Assembly (NCBI RefSeq): GCF_009914755.1
Contig: NC_060934.1
Direction: 5' to 3' (one strand)
DNA length: 64,000 nucleotides
DNA from: the human T2T-CHM13v2.0 reference genome, Homo sapiens
Shown: positions 14,501 through 29,245 of the stretch, piece by piece
Numbering within the stretch: the first letter of the stretch is position 1
Layout of the letters: every line of letters begins with the position of its first letter
Translations under genes and position numbers: made by a program
The notes under the pieces: generated by a model
The model's database searches: none
The model's input: only the letters and a program-made list of their open reading frames with translations
What the model was told of the DNA's origin: nothing

Positions 14501-15379
14501 AAGTCTTTAAAAGCTTTGTAGTTATTATTTTTATTGGCTCATCCTGTAGTCTTTCCACTTAAGAGTAGTTTATGCACCACAATTACAGTGTTATAATATT
14601 ATGTGTATTTCTGTGTACTTACTATTATCAATGAGTTTTGTACCTTCAGGTGATTTCTTATTGCTCATTAATATACTTTTCTTTCTAATTGAAGTACTCT
14701 CTTTTCCATTTCTTGCAGGACAGGTCTGGTGTTGGTGAAATCCCTCAGCTTTTGTTTGTCTGGGAATGTTTTTATTTCTCTTTCATCTTTGACGGATGTT
14801 TTCACCAGATATACTATTCTAGAGTAAAAGTTTTTTTTTCCTTAAGTGCTTTAAATTAAATTAATGAATAAATGGACCTTATTAGAACAGACGAGGCTTG
14901 GACCTTAAAGGGCACACTGTATATGGACAAGTAGAAAATATGGAGAGAGAAACTTCTAGTTATAAGTGAGTTTCTGCAGGCCTTCCTAATCTCGTGGCGA
15001 TAGATGAGAGTTCATTAATAGAAATAATCCAAATTTCTTCCCTCAACTATCTAATGTCAGGTCTCCTTCCTGAAGAATTTCTGTGAAGCCTTAAAGAGTG
15101 TCAAGATCATTCCCTCATGAACTTACATTTAGAAACCCTTTCCCACTGATATCAATGCCACATCATTGTCCCTCCTGCTTGTGCCCTCAGCTTGAGATAG
15201 CAGATGTGATACTCAAAGAGCTGCCTGCCTCCAAGGGACCACAGAGGCATTCTATTTCCTGCAGTCCTCCCTGAGTCAGAATCACTCTAATGAGTTAAAA
15301 TTATGAGAATTTTTTTATTATTGGAGGAAGTTATTTTATCTAATTCTTGATCTACTTATAATAAGTAATCCTAGAATTT

Positions 15380-15674
15380 TTTTTTTTTTGAGACAGGGTC
15401 TCATTCTGTCTCCCAGGCTAGAGATCTCAGCTCACTGCAACTTCTGCTTCCCAGGGTCAAGCGATTCTCTAGCCTCAGCCTCCCAAGTAGCTGGGACTAT
15501 GGGCATGAGCCACCAATGCCCAGCTAATTTGGGTTTTGTTTTGTTTTGTTTTTTGTAGAGATGGGGTTTCACCATGTTGCCCAGGCTGGTCTGGAACTCC
15601 TGAGCTCAAAGCCATTTTCCCACCTCAGCCTCCCAAAGTGCTGGGATTACAGGCATGAGACACTGTACCCAGCC
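15380..15674 (-). mobile_element. AluJ-like
   Basis: 'ttgcccaggctggtctggaactcctgagctcaa'; TSD agtaatcc(t/c)agaatttt on both sides. Confidence 0.88.
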
Positions 15675-16320
15675 AGTAATCCCAGAATTTTTACAAAAGC
15701 TCCTATTGTTGCATAATGAAACAGTATTCTCTTGCCATTATTTAAAGTCACTTTTTTCACTTTCTGGTAAAAAAATTCGTTCAATCATTGACAAATATTT
15801 GCTGAACACCCACTCTGTGCCGTGTACTACTATGTTAGGTGCTGGATATATGTTGATGAATGAAACAAACTGTATCCTTGTAGAATTTGAGTCTGCTGAA
15901 CTCAGAAGTAAATTCTTTGAAAGTTAGGATGGATAGTAAAGTTGAGTACTCTTAGTTTCAATATTTAACATGTTGCTCTTATCAATTTTTTAGTAAATGT
16001 TAGTGTACAAAGGTAATTTAGGTTTTGAGGTGTATCCAGAAAAATCTGGTTTTTTTAATCAAGAGAATCCACTCAAGAGACTACTCATAGAAAAGAATTT
16101 ATATGATGCATCAGATAGAAAGTAAAATTTAGTGTTTTCCTGAAAAAAAAAAAAAAAAAACACAAAAACCAAATACAATGGAGGCTTCTCTTCCACATTC
16201 TGTGGCATTTGTTTTTTCAACTAAACACCAACACTACACTCATGAAAACAACTCCTTCAGCACTACCTGTACTCTGCTTCACCAAACCAGAAACGTCAAT
16301 ATAAAAAACAAGCAGCATGC

Positions 16321-18050
16321 CAAAGGGCAACTGATCTTCAACAAGGGTGCCAAAAATACACAATGGGGAAAGGATAGTCTCTTCAACAAATGGTGTAAAA
16401 ACTCATATCCATATGCAAAAACACGAAATTGAACCCTTACACCATACATAACATTCAACTCAAAGTAGATTAAAGACAAACATAAGACCTGAAACTATAA
16501 AACTTCTAGAAGAAAACATAGTGGAAAATCTTCATGACCTTGGTCTTGGCAGTGATTTCATGAATATCTCATCAAAAACACAAGCAACAAAAGCAAAAAT
16601 AAACAAATGAGCCCACATCAAAGGAGAAAGCTTCTGCACAGCAAAGGAAACAATTGACAGGGTGAAAACGCAACCTACAGAATAGGAAAAAATGTTTACA
16701 AACCATATGTGTTAGTCCATTCTGCATTGCCATAAAGGAATACCTGAGACAGGGTAATTTATAAAGAAAAGAGGCTTATTTTGGCCCACTGTTCTGCAGG
16801 CTGTACACAAAGCGTGGCACCAGTATCTGCTCCCAGTGAGGGCCTCAAGAAGCTTCCAACAATGGTGGAAGGGAAAGGGGGAGCCTGCGTTTCACATGAT
16901 AAGAGAGAGAGCAAGAGACAGAGGGAGGAGGTGCCCGGCACTTTTAAACAACCAGATCGCACATGAATTCACAGAATGAGAACCCACTTGTTACTGCAAG
17001 GACAGCACCAAGATTTTCATAAGGGATCTTTCCCCATGACCCAAACACCTCCCATTAGGCTCACCTCCAACATTGGAGGTCACATTTCAACGTGAGATTT
17101 GGAGGGGACAAAACATCCAAACCATATCACCATATATCTGATAAGGAGATAATTCCTAAAATATATAAGGAACTCCCACAACTCAACAGCAAAAAGACTA
17201 ATAACCCAATTTTTTAAATGGGGCAAAAAAACTTGAACAGACTATGTCACAGTATCTATGTGAAAATATACGCAACATCATTAATCATCAAGGAAATACA
17301 AATCACAACCACAATGAGATATCATCTCACACCTGTTAGAATGGCTATTATCAAAAAGATGAAAGATAAGTGTTGTCAAGGATATGGAGAAACTGGAACC
17401 TTTGCACACTGTCAGTGGAAATGCAAAATGGTATGGCCGCTATGGAAAACAACATGAAGTTTCTTTAAAAATTAAAAATAGAACTACCATATGATTCAGC
17501 AGTCCCACTCTGGGTATTTATCCAAAAGAACTGAGATCAGGACTTCAAAGAGCAATTAGCATTCCCAGGTTCATTGCAGCACTATCTACAATAGCTAAAA
17601 TGTGGAAACAATCTAAATGTCCATCAACAAATGAATGAATAAAGAAAATGTTGTATCTATATACAATGGAATATTATTCAGCCTTTAAAAAGAAGGAAAT
17701 TCTGCAATATATGACACCAGAGATGACTGAGGAAATTGTGCTAAGTGAAAAAAGCCAGTCATCAAAGGACAAATACTGCATGATTCCACCTATATGAAGT
17801 ATCGAAAATAGTTAAATTCATAGACTCAAAGAATGGAATGGTGATTGCCAGGGACTCAAGGGAGAAGAAAAAGGGAAGTTGATAATCAAGGGGAGTAAAG
17901 TTTCAATTAATCAAGATAAATAAGTTCTAGAGATCTGCTGTACAACATTGTACCTATAGTTATCAATACTATATTGCACACTTAAAAAATTTGTTGAAAG
18001 TAGATCTCATATTAAATGATTTACAACAATAAAATAACATAAAAAATAAA
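16321..18050 (+). mobile_element. 5'-truncated old L1 3' end (L1MA8/9-like)
   Basis: ORF2 C-terminal fragments [22 protein letters not shown] and [17 protein letters not shown]; L1MA 3'UTR; probable TSD aagcagcatgc/aagaagcatgc. Confidence 0.85.
16708..17129 (-). mobile_element. MaLR solo LTR (MSTA/B-like) inserted in L1MA
   Basis: TG...CA ends; perfect 5-bp TSD ccata (16703-16707 and 17130-17134). Confidence 0.93.
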
Positions 18051-18359
18051 ATGACAAAGAAGCATGCTGTAATGGCTATTCCAGGTTATCTTCCAGTAGG
18101 CTTTGCTAATTGATTTCCTCCAACCTCAGCCTAGAGCTCCCAGGCAAAGCAACTCCTTATGACCTACACAGTTGTTCAACACTCATACTCAGACATGGAT
18201 TAATCACACTTAAGTGGGAACCCCTACACAGGAGGATTAAGGTAAGGTATCAGGGCACTCAGTATATCAGCTTAATTATGTCAGAAGATTTGTGATGATG
18301 AACTGTGACAGACAAGGCTAGTCAAATAAGATGAGTCCTGTTGCAGATGGTAATTTAAT

Positions 18360-18560
18360 TACCAATTTCGGGCATGTATTGAGCCCTGACCACTTGTGCA
18401 AAATGTTTTATTTAGGTCTTATCATGACCTATTTGAAAATGACAAACTGAGGTTTAGCTATATTAATCTGTCAAGGTCACTCAGCTAGCGTGTGGCAGAG
18501 CTGAGAATAAAACCATGCCTAGTGAATGTCAGAGTCTCTGCCCTTAACTACTAGACCATA
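18360..18560 (-). mobile_element. MIR SINE fragment
   Basis: 'aaactgaggtttag...aaggtcactcagctagcgtgtggcagagctgaga'. Confidence 0.65.
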
Positions 18561-18949
18561 CCATGGTTGTGAGAGAATCAGTAAAGGGTCATGAACAAAT
18601 GTTGGTATGAAGAAAGCACCATTATAGAAAGACTGGATTGCTGGGGACAATGTATAGGAGAGAAAGATAGTTGGAGGAGGGGAAACTTGTTGCTTTCATT
18701 TAATGTTAATTAGTAAAAGTTCAGTCCTAATCCACAATAATATTTATACTTTCTCATAGCACTAGTGTGTTTCCTTAATAAATGGACTAAAGCAGTAGCT
18801 TGGAATACCAGCACTAAACTTAAGTTTTTAAGATTATAACCATAAAGATCTGTGTGAATGATGACCAAATGGTTAGTAAAAAAAAAAAAAAAAATTATGT
18901 AATAAAAAACCCACCACCAACAACAAAGAAAATTACCCAAAGATGACTG

Positions 18950-19705
18950 AGAAACATCTTTACACCACTATTTGCCTAATAGAATGACTAAATAAAACAA
19001 ACAATGCCAGATGCTGGTGAGGATGTAAAGCAACTGGAGCTCTCATAGGTTGCTGATGAGAATAGAAAATGGCATAGTCCTGTGAAAAACAGTTTTCCAG
19101 TTTCTTATAAAGTTAAACATATATTTAGCATATTACCCAAAAATCCTACTTCTAGGTATTTACCCAAGTGAAAACCTCTATTCATACAAAAAAAAAATCT
19201 GTATGTGAAAAAAGTATGTGTATATATATATATATATATATATGCATTATTCATAATTACCAAAAGCTGTAAATAACCTGCATTCCCCTCAAATAGACAT
19301 GTGTTTTTAAAAATGGTGATACACCCATAGTGTGAAATAGTATCCAACAATAAAGATAAATAAACTATTGATACATGCAACAAAGGGATGAATCTCAAAT
19401 GCTTTATGCTAAGTGAAATAAGTCAGACTCAAAAGGCTAGATATAGTATGATTCCACTCATTCATATAACATTCTGGAATAGGCAAAACAGATGAGTGGG
19501 TGTCAGGTGTTAAAGGTATGGGGAAGATTTGACTTCAAAGGGAGAAGATAAGAGAATATTAGAGGAGGTATATTGAAATTGTTCTTTATCTTAACTGTGG
19601 TAATGGGTTACATAACTCTACCTATTTTCCAAAACTCATAGAAATATACACCAAAAAAGTCAATTTTACTGTATATGAATTAAAACTACACTTTCAAATA
19701 AAAAA
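18950..19705 (+). mobile_element. Old L1M (MC/MD/ME-like) 3' fragment
   Basis: 'gatgctggtgaggatgtaaagcaactggagctctcata', 'gatgaatctcaaatgctttatgctaagtgaaa'; internal (TA)n at ~19222-19242. Confidence 0.75.
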
Positions 19706-20289
19706 TCTCTTCTACAAGAAAGCATACAGCAAAAGTTTCACATATTCTAAATGTTATAAACCACGAAACATTTCACAAAGCACCATCTACAAAAAAGATA
19801 ATGTAACTGAGTATTTAAACAAAAAACCAAGCTATAATTTTTTAAAAATTATATACAAGGCATAAAACATGCCTATTAAAAGCATAAGTAGTTGGCCAGC
19901 GTGTTGTTTACCACCTCTGAATAGCTATAAAATGTTTATAGATTTTTATACCTTTCATGAATAAAGCAGAGTAAATTAATGCAAAGTTATTTTTCTGAGA
20001 GAAGCTGTCAAACTCCTTTCTGGCCAAAAGGGAATTTGTGACTTCCTGTTATGTTAAATTTGGTACTAAAGCCTGAATGAACCACCTCAAATGGGCTATT
20101 TACTATGATAAATACTGTTTCCTAACAAGAGGAAAAGTGGTGGCCTGGGAAGATAACTGCTGGGATTTTAATGCACTCTCTGAAACACTCTGACATACTC
20201 TGTTAGAGAAACTAATTTAATATTAACCAGAAGTCAGGCTTAACATTCCATTTCCTGAAAATGATCATCAAAAGACAAATGCAATTTAA

Positions 20290-20500
20290 TTCACCAAACA
20301 TGTATTAAGCATTTAATATATGCCAAGCACTGTGCTAGGCATTAGGTAAACAAACTGAAAATAACACAATATTTGCCTTTAAAGATTGCACAAACTAGCA
20401 GGGGATAGAGACAAGTAATAAACAAATATACTTCCATACAATAATCTAAGTGTGATGATAGAAGTGTGATCGGGTACGGGGACAACCAGGGGAAAAAGTG
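20290..20500 (-). mobile_element. L2 LINE 3' fragment
   Basis: 'tcaccaaacatgtattaagcatttaatatatgccaagcactgtgctaggc'. Confidence 0.65.
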
Positions 20501-21374
20501 ATTGTCTGAGTTCTAACAAAAAGCACATCAACCAGATCCTAGGACTCCCTAAATCTGCCTTCAGATGATTAAAATGCTAACAGGAACAAATAGAAAGCTG
20601 CATGATTTGAAGAGGCCATTCCTTTTATATTTACCACCACCATCTTCCATGACAGTTTTGAAAACACTGAGCAAGGCATACCTGTGCTGATGTATTTATT
20701 CCTTGACTTGAAATAATCCTCCAGGTGATGAAATTCCCACAGGACAAAGGAATAATAATCTAAAGTCTCCCTTTCCAGAAAGTGGAAAAGTTCCAAGTAG
20801 TATTATTCCTTACTGAAACCTAAGATCCCTTTATGCAAAAGAATAAAAAAAAAAGGTCTCATGCCTCATGCTAATTCACTGTGGCTAACTACACTACTTA
20901 AAATTAAGATAGAAAGGTATGAATGTTCCATTTTTCCTGTATGTTAGCAGTGATCATATCTAACACATAATTCCAATTCACTGTTACTACGAAATGTAAC
21001 TATTGCTCCAGTACTCTCACAACGGATTAAACAAGTAAAAGTAAGCATTCTGAAATAATGGAACTCCTACTATCTCCTGTGTCTTCAAGCCCTTCCCTGA
21101 AACTACTAGCCCTAACAGAGAAGAACCCAGTAGCACTTTCTTTCCTCTCTTCTTTCTATCCTTTCCATTCTATCCGTCACAGAAAGTAGCATCTTTTTTC
21201 CTTCATCCTTTTTATTCTATCCATCACAGATATTAATTCCAGGTATGTACACAATGGCCAACTAGCAGAAAATAAATCATTAGAAAATGTTAAAAGCAAA
21301 ACAGTGGGAAGGAAAACCTAAGTGTCACATCTTTGAGGGCCAGCACTACGTTTCCAAAATGGGAAAGGTTTTAT

Positions 21375-21530
21375 AGCTAGAAGATCTGGGCTCAGATCCT
21401 GCTTCCGCCACTTACTAGCTCTGTAGCTTTAGACAACATATTCACCTGTCTGAATGTCAGTGTTCACTTCCACAAAATGTAGATGATAGGAACTGCTACT
21501 TTGCATAATTATTCTTGAGATTAGGTGCCA
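21375..21530 (+). mobile_element. MIR SINE fragment
   Basis: 'gatctgggctcagatcctgcttccgccacttactagctctgtagctttagacaa'. Confidence 0.7.
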
Positions 21531-23429
21531 TACAAGACTGATTCTCAATCCCACTGCATGCTAAAATTCGGGGGCACCACTCTGAGACTCTGTTTTCATT
21601 GGTCTACTGTGGGGCATGAACTACAAAAAGAGAGAGAGAAGAAGCAGCACATCTCCAAGGTATTCAACTTTACAGCTGGGCAACAACCTCTGCATTATAG
21701 TAACTGCAAGAACTCCCTAAACTTTAATTCAGTGCAGCATTTCACAATTTATTATTGTGTTTTAAAAGTACCATTGAACTCATCCTGTTATGCACGTTAC
21801 ATAGTCTTAAAGATTGCTAGTAATTCAATAGTTAAATTTGATGTTTACTTAGAATGCCTCCCTTGACAAGCAAATCATCATTTTCAACAACTGAGAATTG
21901 TTACAAGGAGCTGAGAAAACAAGATATATACATTAAATGATTAAAGTCACTTCTTAGGTGCCAAAAATGAAAGGAGTATGATGATGGGATAAGCTTTATG
22001 ATGCTTGAGGTCAGGTACCATGATTTTTAAAAATAGTTTCAGCATCAAGGACAGTGCACAGAACTCAATAAATATTTGTTAAATAAGTAGATGAATGTGT
22101 GAGTGAACGGATGAATGTAACGATTTCCACAGGAATTTACCAAGAGTCATCACTAAAGACTGGAATGAAGAGGAAGGTATTTTCATTGGAAAAATAAGTC
22201 TCAGCCACTGCCACCAATGAAGCTGCAATGTCTCTAATGAAGAGACCGAACTTCAGGTTTGAAAGGTAAATTGCAGTCCTTGCATTTTCAGTTAAATCTT
22301 TCAAACAGCAGCCCACTCCGCCTCCATTCTTGGTCCCAATTCTGACTCTCCTCCAAACTTCTAACATTAACAATTGGCACAAGGCTAGCTTTCTAAAACA
22401 AACATTTCTCATTACTAGGAACATTACAAAAGTCTTGCTTTCTGAGCATTGGATACCTGCTTTAAGAGCTAGTTAATGCACAGTATAAAACAAGGAAGAC
22501 AAAAGACATGATCTACCCAGCTGGGTTAGCCAAGGGGCCTGGGAGATAAATTGACCAACTGCCTGTGTAGCATCTTACATTCTCCAAAATAACCCTACAA
22601 GGTTGCTGCAGATCTCAGATTAAGAAAAATTTATTGCTGAGTTTATTATTTTTAACATCCTTTGTCTGAGCACCTAGCAACTAAAGTGATAAGTACCTTC
22701 AACTTGCAAGGATAAATGCTGCAAATATCTTGGCTGAATTACCCATTTGTATGTATGTTTGTAACTTGAATTATTCATTTACATTTTTTATTTTTTAAAG
22801 AGGAGAATAAAACTAGAAAGAGAAGAGATACTAAAAAATCTCATTGCTGTAGATTTAAAGGTTTTCCGGTGGTAGGAAGCCAAAAGGCCCCTTCAGCAAT
22901 AAACAATAGATTTATTCTACAATCTAATTAATACTCACAAACTATGTTACTTATGAAACAAACAATATATCTAGGGAATGCAATTGCATCCAAGCAAAAG
23001 TATCCATATTAATAAGGAAAAATCTTACAAAAGTAGGCTTGGAAAAGTATGTGCAGCAAAAAAGTTATGGTTTTTCTTTAAAACTGTATTTGAATACTAA
23101 CAACAATGGGTAGGTCCCATTTAATTGCTGGTCTTACAATAAAGCAAACATTTTAAATTTGGGTGACGATATGAGCTTTCCCTGAAAACTTTGCTAATAA
23201 CAACCTAGGGTATCTATTTCTTATTTGAAAAGGAATGAAGGGTTTCCTACACCTATGTGTAGGTGATAATGCAAGACCATGAAAATTCTAGACCCATAAA
23301 CCTACCATAGAAAAAAATTTAATCCCTTCCAAATTAATACTTTGCTATTGTCCAAATGATAGTTTAAGATTAACATTGATTTATTTATTTGTTTTCTTAT
23401 TAACAATAACACCACCACTTTGTCAATGG

Positions 23430-24180
23430 TTGTCAAAGTGGGGTATGTCATTGTGATGTGAGAAGAAAATATCAGAACTTCTACTTGTACTTATTTTTAT
23501 CAAAAACAGAAAGAAATTAAACTTTATTGATATTTTAAAAAGAAATTACACTGACCCCATTCCCTGTCCCTATATCAAATGTAAACAAGACAGGCAGATT
23601 TCATGAGATAGGCAGAAGGAAGTAGTTGTTGGTGAAACACTCACTCATCTCCTAGCTTTCATCAGGTTGCAAAGTACCATACTGTGTGTAGCCACGAGTA
23701 GTGGATTTACTGAATACATTACCTAGTTTTATTTAAACTAACCCTACAAAACAAAAAAGAAAGAAAAAAATTCTTGCAAAGAATCATGGAATTTATGATT
23801 ACACAAATAATTGATGATTGATAATAATTGGTGGCTATACAAATAATGTAAGCACAAAAAAAAAGGTGGAGCTGTAACTTCTGCTCCTGCGGTGAGTTCT
23901 TCATCATTCCTGAGTAAATCAGCCTGACAAGAAGTCAAGCAAAAAAAAAAAACCTTTTCATAATATTAAAATATGAACATTCATCCACCATCATTAAAAG
24001 TCAAGGTAGCTTTAAGTATATAGAATGCCTTGAGATATTATGCAATGATAATACAAAGCTATCATCGTTTTCAAACCGTTTAAAAATGTTGATTACTTCA
24101 CCTTTATCCCATTCTTCCCTTTATATATTGCACTGTGTACAATCTGTATTAGGTCAGTAGTACATATGCATAATTCATAG
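23430..24180. mobile_element. Probable hAT-Charlie-type DNA transposon remnant
   Basis: 'caaagtggggtatg...gaagaaaatatcagaacttctacttgtacttattttt' and 'gtcagtagtacatatgcatataattcata' resemble recalled Charlie/MER113-type sequence. Confidence 0.4.
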
Positions 24181-24329
24181 TGAAGAGGGAATCCCAGACC
24201 TTATTCTCCAAGTCACACTGCCCTTCTCCCAGCCTCCACACCATCATCTACAGGAGTTAGAGAGTATCAAAGTTCTATATCTGTCTCCACAACACTCATA
24301 GCCTTACAACTTTAAAGACCATCAAGAGA

Positions 24330-25600
24330 AATTCCATCAACCTCTTTATCACCACAGGAAACCCAAAGTTCCTGGGTTTTCCCTCACTACTAGGTCTCTG
24401 GTCTATGCATCCTTAATTTCACCCTGTCTTCCCAAGTTCAGAGCCCATTACACTATGTCCTCTGGAGAACATAAAGTCCCTCATGTTCTATCTCCTCCTG
24501 AATACTGCCTCCACCTCTTTGCTGTAAATAAAAGCCAGTTATTCCCCAAGGACTCTCTTCCCCTGTAGGGTCCACAAATGATGGCTATTTTCTCTCTCAT
24601 ATTCCAACTATCACTGTCCTACTTCCTCATCATTGTAGAAAACTGTGTCCCTTCTACCTCCCTCCAAAAATCCAGCCTTGCAACTCATGCCATCAAATTA
24701 GACAACTTTTACTACTACTGGCTGCAGTTAACTTCAGTTTCTATAACTGCTACAAGATTTTGATTATGATTTTATCATTTGCATCTGTCATTTCCACATA
24801 ACTGAATCTCCCAGTACCCTCAATCCTCAGATCCTTAAATTGTAAACTTCAATGAGCTTGTCCTCAGCCATTTCATGGTGATCTGGACCTCTTTTTTATT
24901 ATCAATAACAGCAGCCCTCCATGACCTCAACTCCAAGTATCCAGTTCCAAAATATTACTTCCCATTTTTCCAGCTCACACCCTCTCATTCTTTGATAACA
25001 ATCCTTAATCAACTTTTTGCTGTATTTTACCTCCTTCTGTTCTAGTTACATTGCCTCCTTACTTAGCTTAGATTCCATGGTCCATCATTACAATCAGCTC
25101 CCTGGTGGCCCTCTCTTCCCTTGTTTAATCAACCTGGTAAAACTTATACTTTGACTAAATACAGCTTTCCACCCACTTGAACCCAAATATCTAAACATGG
25201 GCTGAGAGGATTACACACCATCCTTACTGGTTTCACTTTAAATTCATAATGATAATCTTCAATGGGGCTTCAGTTCCTCCGAGTGATCTTTTATGCATTT
25301 CTGCAGTCAATTCATTCTCCTACACAACCGTTTAACGTCTCTTTCCTCAAACCTCCAACATTTTCTCTACCATCCTCACTATAATAGATGAAACATATTC
25401 ACAGATATACACCACCATATCTAGCAGCCTAGCATTCATACACCCACTAGTGTAAACTATCCAAGCTCTTATCTAAGAAAACCTCTCCACATGTATCCTA
25501 ACTTTTAACTCTCCTCACTGTCTGAAATGCATTACTCTCTTCCTCTTCTCTCTCATTGTATCAACACTATTTTCTCAATTGTGGATCATTTAATTTACAT
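24330..25600 (+). mobile_element. Degenerate L2 LINE internal fragments
   Basis: C/T-rich L2-like tracts such as 'ttagcttagattccatggtccatcattacaatcagctcc' and 'ctggtttcactttaaattcat'. Confidence 0.6.
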
Positions 25601-25604
25601 CAAA

Positions 25605-26645
25605 CATGATGTTATATCTCCCAGAAGATAAAATATATCTGGAAAACCCAAGAGAATCAACTGAAAAAAATACTATAAACAATATGAGAATTTACTACAA
25701 TATCATGATGCATATTAATACAGAGAAAGCACAAGGCTTCATATATTCAATAAAATATGCCATTTACGATAGCAGAAAAGACACTAGAGTAAACTTAATA
25801 GAAAGTATGTAAGATCTATAGGAAGAAAACCTAACAACACAACTGAAAACACAAAAGAAGACTTCAGAAAATGAAATTACATCAGCTAGAAAAACACGAC
25901 ATCATAAATATGTCAATTCTTCTTAAGATAATTTATAAATATAAAACCATCATAATAAAAATACAACAGTTGGTTTGGGGGACTTTTGATGTTATTCTTT
26001 TATTTTTGAACAAAGTAGCTGACCCCAAAGTTCTTATAAATAGTAAGCATGCAAGAATAGCAAGGGAAGCTATTACAAAGAACAATAAAGGGGTGAGGGT
26101 ATGAGCACCACCATACATTAAATGAGAAAAAAAGAAGAGCCAAAACAATGCTAAAAAATTAATTTTAAAAGTCCAAGAACTTGAACTGTCTGACTTCAGA
26201 ATTCAACATAAAGCCTCAGTAATCACCGCAACACATTTTTGGGTTGAATATAGACATATAAATTAATGGAGCAAAATACAGAGTCCAGAAATAAACCTGG
26301 ATATATATGAATAATTAATTTTCAACAAAAGAGCAAAGCAATTTGATGAGAAAAGGATAATATTTTCAATAAGCCATGCTGGAAGAATGACTAACCATAT
26401 GCAAAAAAAAATCTCCACACTTACCTCATGATACACAAAAATTAATTCAAAATGGGTCACAGACCTGTTAAATTTTAGAGTTAATACTTTAACTCCTAGA
26501 AGAAAACATAGAAGAAAATCTTAGTGATGTTGGGTCTGGCAAAGATATTTTAAGCAGGGCACGAAACTATAAAAGAAAACTGAACTGGACTTCATCAACA
26601 CTAAAACATTTTGCTTCTCAAAAGACACTATTACAAAAATGAAAA
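25605..26645 (+). mobile_element. Old L1M ORF2 fragment; host of the nested stack, continues at 36397-37325
   Basis: YLENPRESTEK and INMSILLKIIY fragments; ends 'aagacactattacaaaaatgaaaa'. Confidence 0.75.
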
Positions 26646-28835
26646 GGGGATCTTGGACCAGATGGCCAACTAGACACAGCCAGGAAACATCTGTCTCACC
26701 AAGGAAAAAACAAAATATGGGGTAAACCATCACACTTTGCACAGATCTTTTGAGAGAAAACATTAAAAGTTGACAAAAAAGAACCACAGACACCCAGTTT
26801 GAAGAAGGAGGAAGCTAGGAAGCCTACATAGAGTCCCTGAGTGCCAGAACAAGCTCCTAGTCCTGCAAAGGCCCTAAAGAAGGGGTGAGTTAAGGAATTC
26901 TGGGGACCTCAGGAGTCCTAGCTACAAGGATACCCTGCCCAGGTATCTTCTACACTTGACCTACTACATCAACAGACCACCCATAGACATACCCCACAAC
27001 CCATTCTGACTCTTGCCAGGCACAGAGGACCAGTGGGTCGTCAGAGAGTTGTAAGTCTCCTTACAACTGACCTTCAGCTCAGGCTTCCCCCAAAAGAGAA
27101 GGAGGTGCAGCCCACCAGGGACCCCCTTGGGGCTAAGGAAATGCAGGCACTGCAACAGTGATTAAAGAGGTCTCCCCCAAGGCCCCAGAATGGATTTGGT
27201 AAGGGGGTCATCACTTGCACCCACCCCCTCGTCTTCTCCTCCCCAGAACACTGCTGTGAACAGAATGAAATATAAGAGACATGCATGGCTGAGCAAGATC
27301 CTATCTGCTAGCCCTTACTCTTAAGCACCATCTAATAGAATGCAGCCTAGATGACACCACGAAAACATAAATAAATTCCATAAATATGCATCACCTGTGA
27401 AACCCAATGCAGCAAAACTAATCACAACGAAGGAACCCATACAGAGCCTTGGTTCTCTGAAAGCACCTAGAAAAAGGACCAATTGACTATATACAGTCAA
27501 ACCCTCAAGTGAAAAAAGTACAAAAACAAAAAGGCCCATTCAAATGACATAACTTTAAAAAAAAAAAAAAAGAAAGAAACAAAGAAACACTAGCCCTCTC
27601 AGGTGAGAAGAAATCAGTACAATGACTCTGGTAATTAAAAAAGTCAGAGTGTTTCCTTACCTTCAAAAGATCACACTACCTACCCAGCAATACACCCTAA
27701 CTAGATTAAAATGTGGAAATGACAGACATAGAATTCAGAATCTGGATGGGTAGGAAGCTCGATGAGATTCAAGAAAAAGTTGAAAGCCAATCCAAGGAAG
27801 CAAGTAAAACGATCTAAGAGTTGAAAGATGACATAGTCATTTTAAGAAAGAACCAAACTGAACTTATAGAATTGAAAATTTTACTGCAGAAATTTCAAAA
27901 TACAGTTGGAAGCTTCAATAACAGACTAGACCAACCTGAGGAAAGAATTTCAGAGCTTAGTCAGACAAAAATAAAGAAAAAAATTTTTTGATGAACCTTT
28001 TAAAGCCTCAAAGAAATATGGGATTATGTAGAGACCAAATCTATGACTCATTGGCTTTCTTGAGAGAGGAGAGTAAGAAACTTTGAAACATATTTGAGTA
28101 CCTAGTCCAGGAAAATTTCCCAAGTCTCACTAGAGAAGTCAACATGCAATCCCAAGAAACTCAGAGAACCCTCATGAAATGCTAAACAAGAAGATCATTC
28201 TGAAGGCATTTTGTAATCAGACTTTTCTAAGTCAACAAAGAAGGAAAAATCAAAAAGGTAGCTAGAAAAAAGGGTCAGATTACTTCAAAAGGCAACCCCA
28301 GCAGGCTAACAGCAGACTTCTCAGTAGGTTTCTACTTTTCAAGCAAGAAAAAATTGGGAGCCTATTTTCGGCATCCCTAAAGAAATGAAATTCCAATCAA
28401 GAATTTCAAACCCCACCAAACTAAGCTTCATAGTACAGGAGAAATAAAATCTTTTCTGGACAAGCAAACACTAAGGGAATTTATTACCACTAGCCCGGCT
28501 ATAAATGAGATCTTTAAGGGAGCCCTAAACATAAAAAAGAAAGAACAACACCTGCTACCATAAAAACATATGTAAGTACAGAGCCCACAGACCCTATAAA
28601 GAAACAATGCAATTGAGAATACAAAGCTACAAGCTAATAATATCATGACTGGATCAAAACCTCACATATCAATATTAATCTTGAATGTAAATGATATAGA
28701 TGCCCCATCTAAAAGGCATAGAGAGCAAGCAGGAAAAAAAAAAAAAAAAAACAAGAACCAAATGTCTTCTCTCTTCAAGAGACCAATCACACATAACAGC
28801 CATAGGGGCAAAGTAAAGGGATGGAGAAGCATCTA

Positions 28836-29245
28836 TGTATTAGTCAGTTTTCACATTGCTATAAAGAATACCTGAGACTGGGTAATTTATAAATAAAAGA
28901 GGTTTAATTGACTTACAGTTCTACAGACTATACGGGAAGCATAGCAGCTTCTGCTTCTGGGGAGGTCTCAGGGAGCTTCCAATCATGGTGGAAGGCAAAG
29001 AGGGAGCAGGCATCTTATATGGCAGGAGCAAGAGCAGAGAGGGGGAGGTGCTACATACTTTTAAACAATCGATCTCATGATAACTCACTCACTATTGCAA
29101 AGACAGTACCAAGGGAATGGTACTAAACCATTCATGAGAAATCCACCCCCATGATCCAGTCTCCACTCACCAGGCCACACCTCCAACACTGAGGATTACA
29201 ATTCGACATGAGATTTGGATAGGAACACATATCCAAACTATATCA
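28836..29245 (-). mobile_element. MaLR solo LTR (MSTA/THE1D-like) in the L1 endonuclease region
   Basis: TG...CA ends, 410 bp, TSD atcta/gtcta. Confidence 0.9.

Noticed and set aside
20680-20850. Minus-strand exon candidate ending ACAG|gtatgc
   Set aside because: Stop codons in all three frames from the likely acceptors; at most non-coding, and unsupported.
21157-21230. Short dispersed direct repeat (attctatcc(g/a)tcacaga)
   Set aside because: Small local duplication in pyrimidine-rich sequence with no further structure.
23715-23770. Minus-strand 21-nt microexon (polypyrimidine-tag|GGTTAGTTTAAATAAAACTAG|gtaatg)
   Set aside because: The splice signals look plausible, but it lies inside a probable hAT transposon remnant and no flanking host exons were identified.
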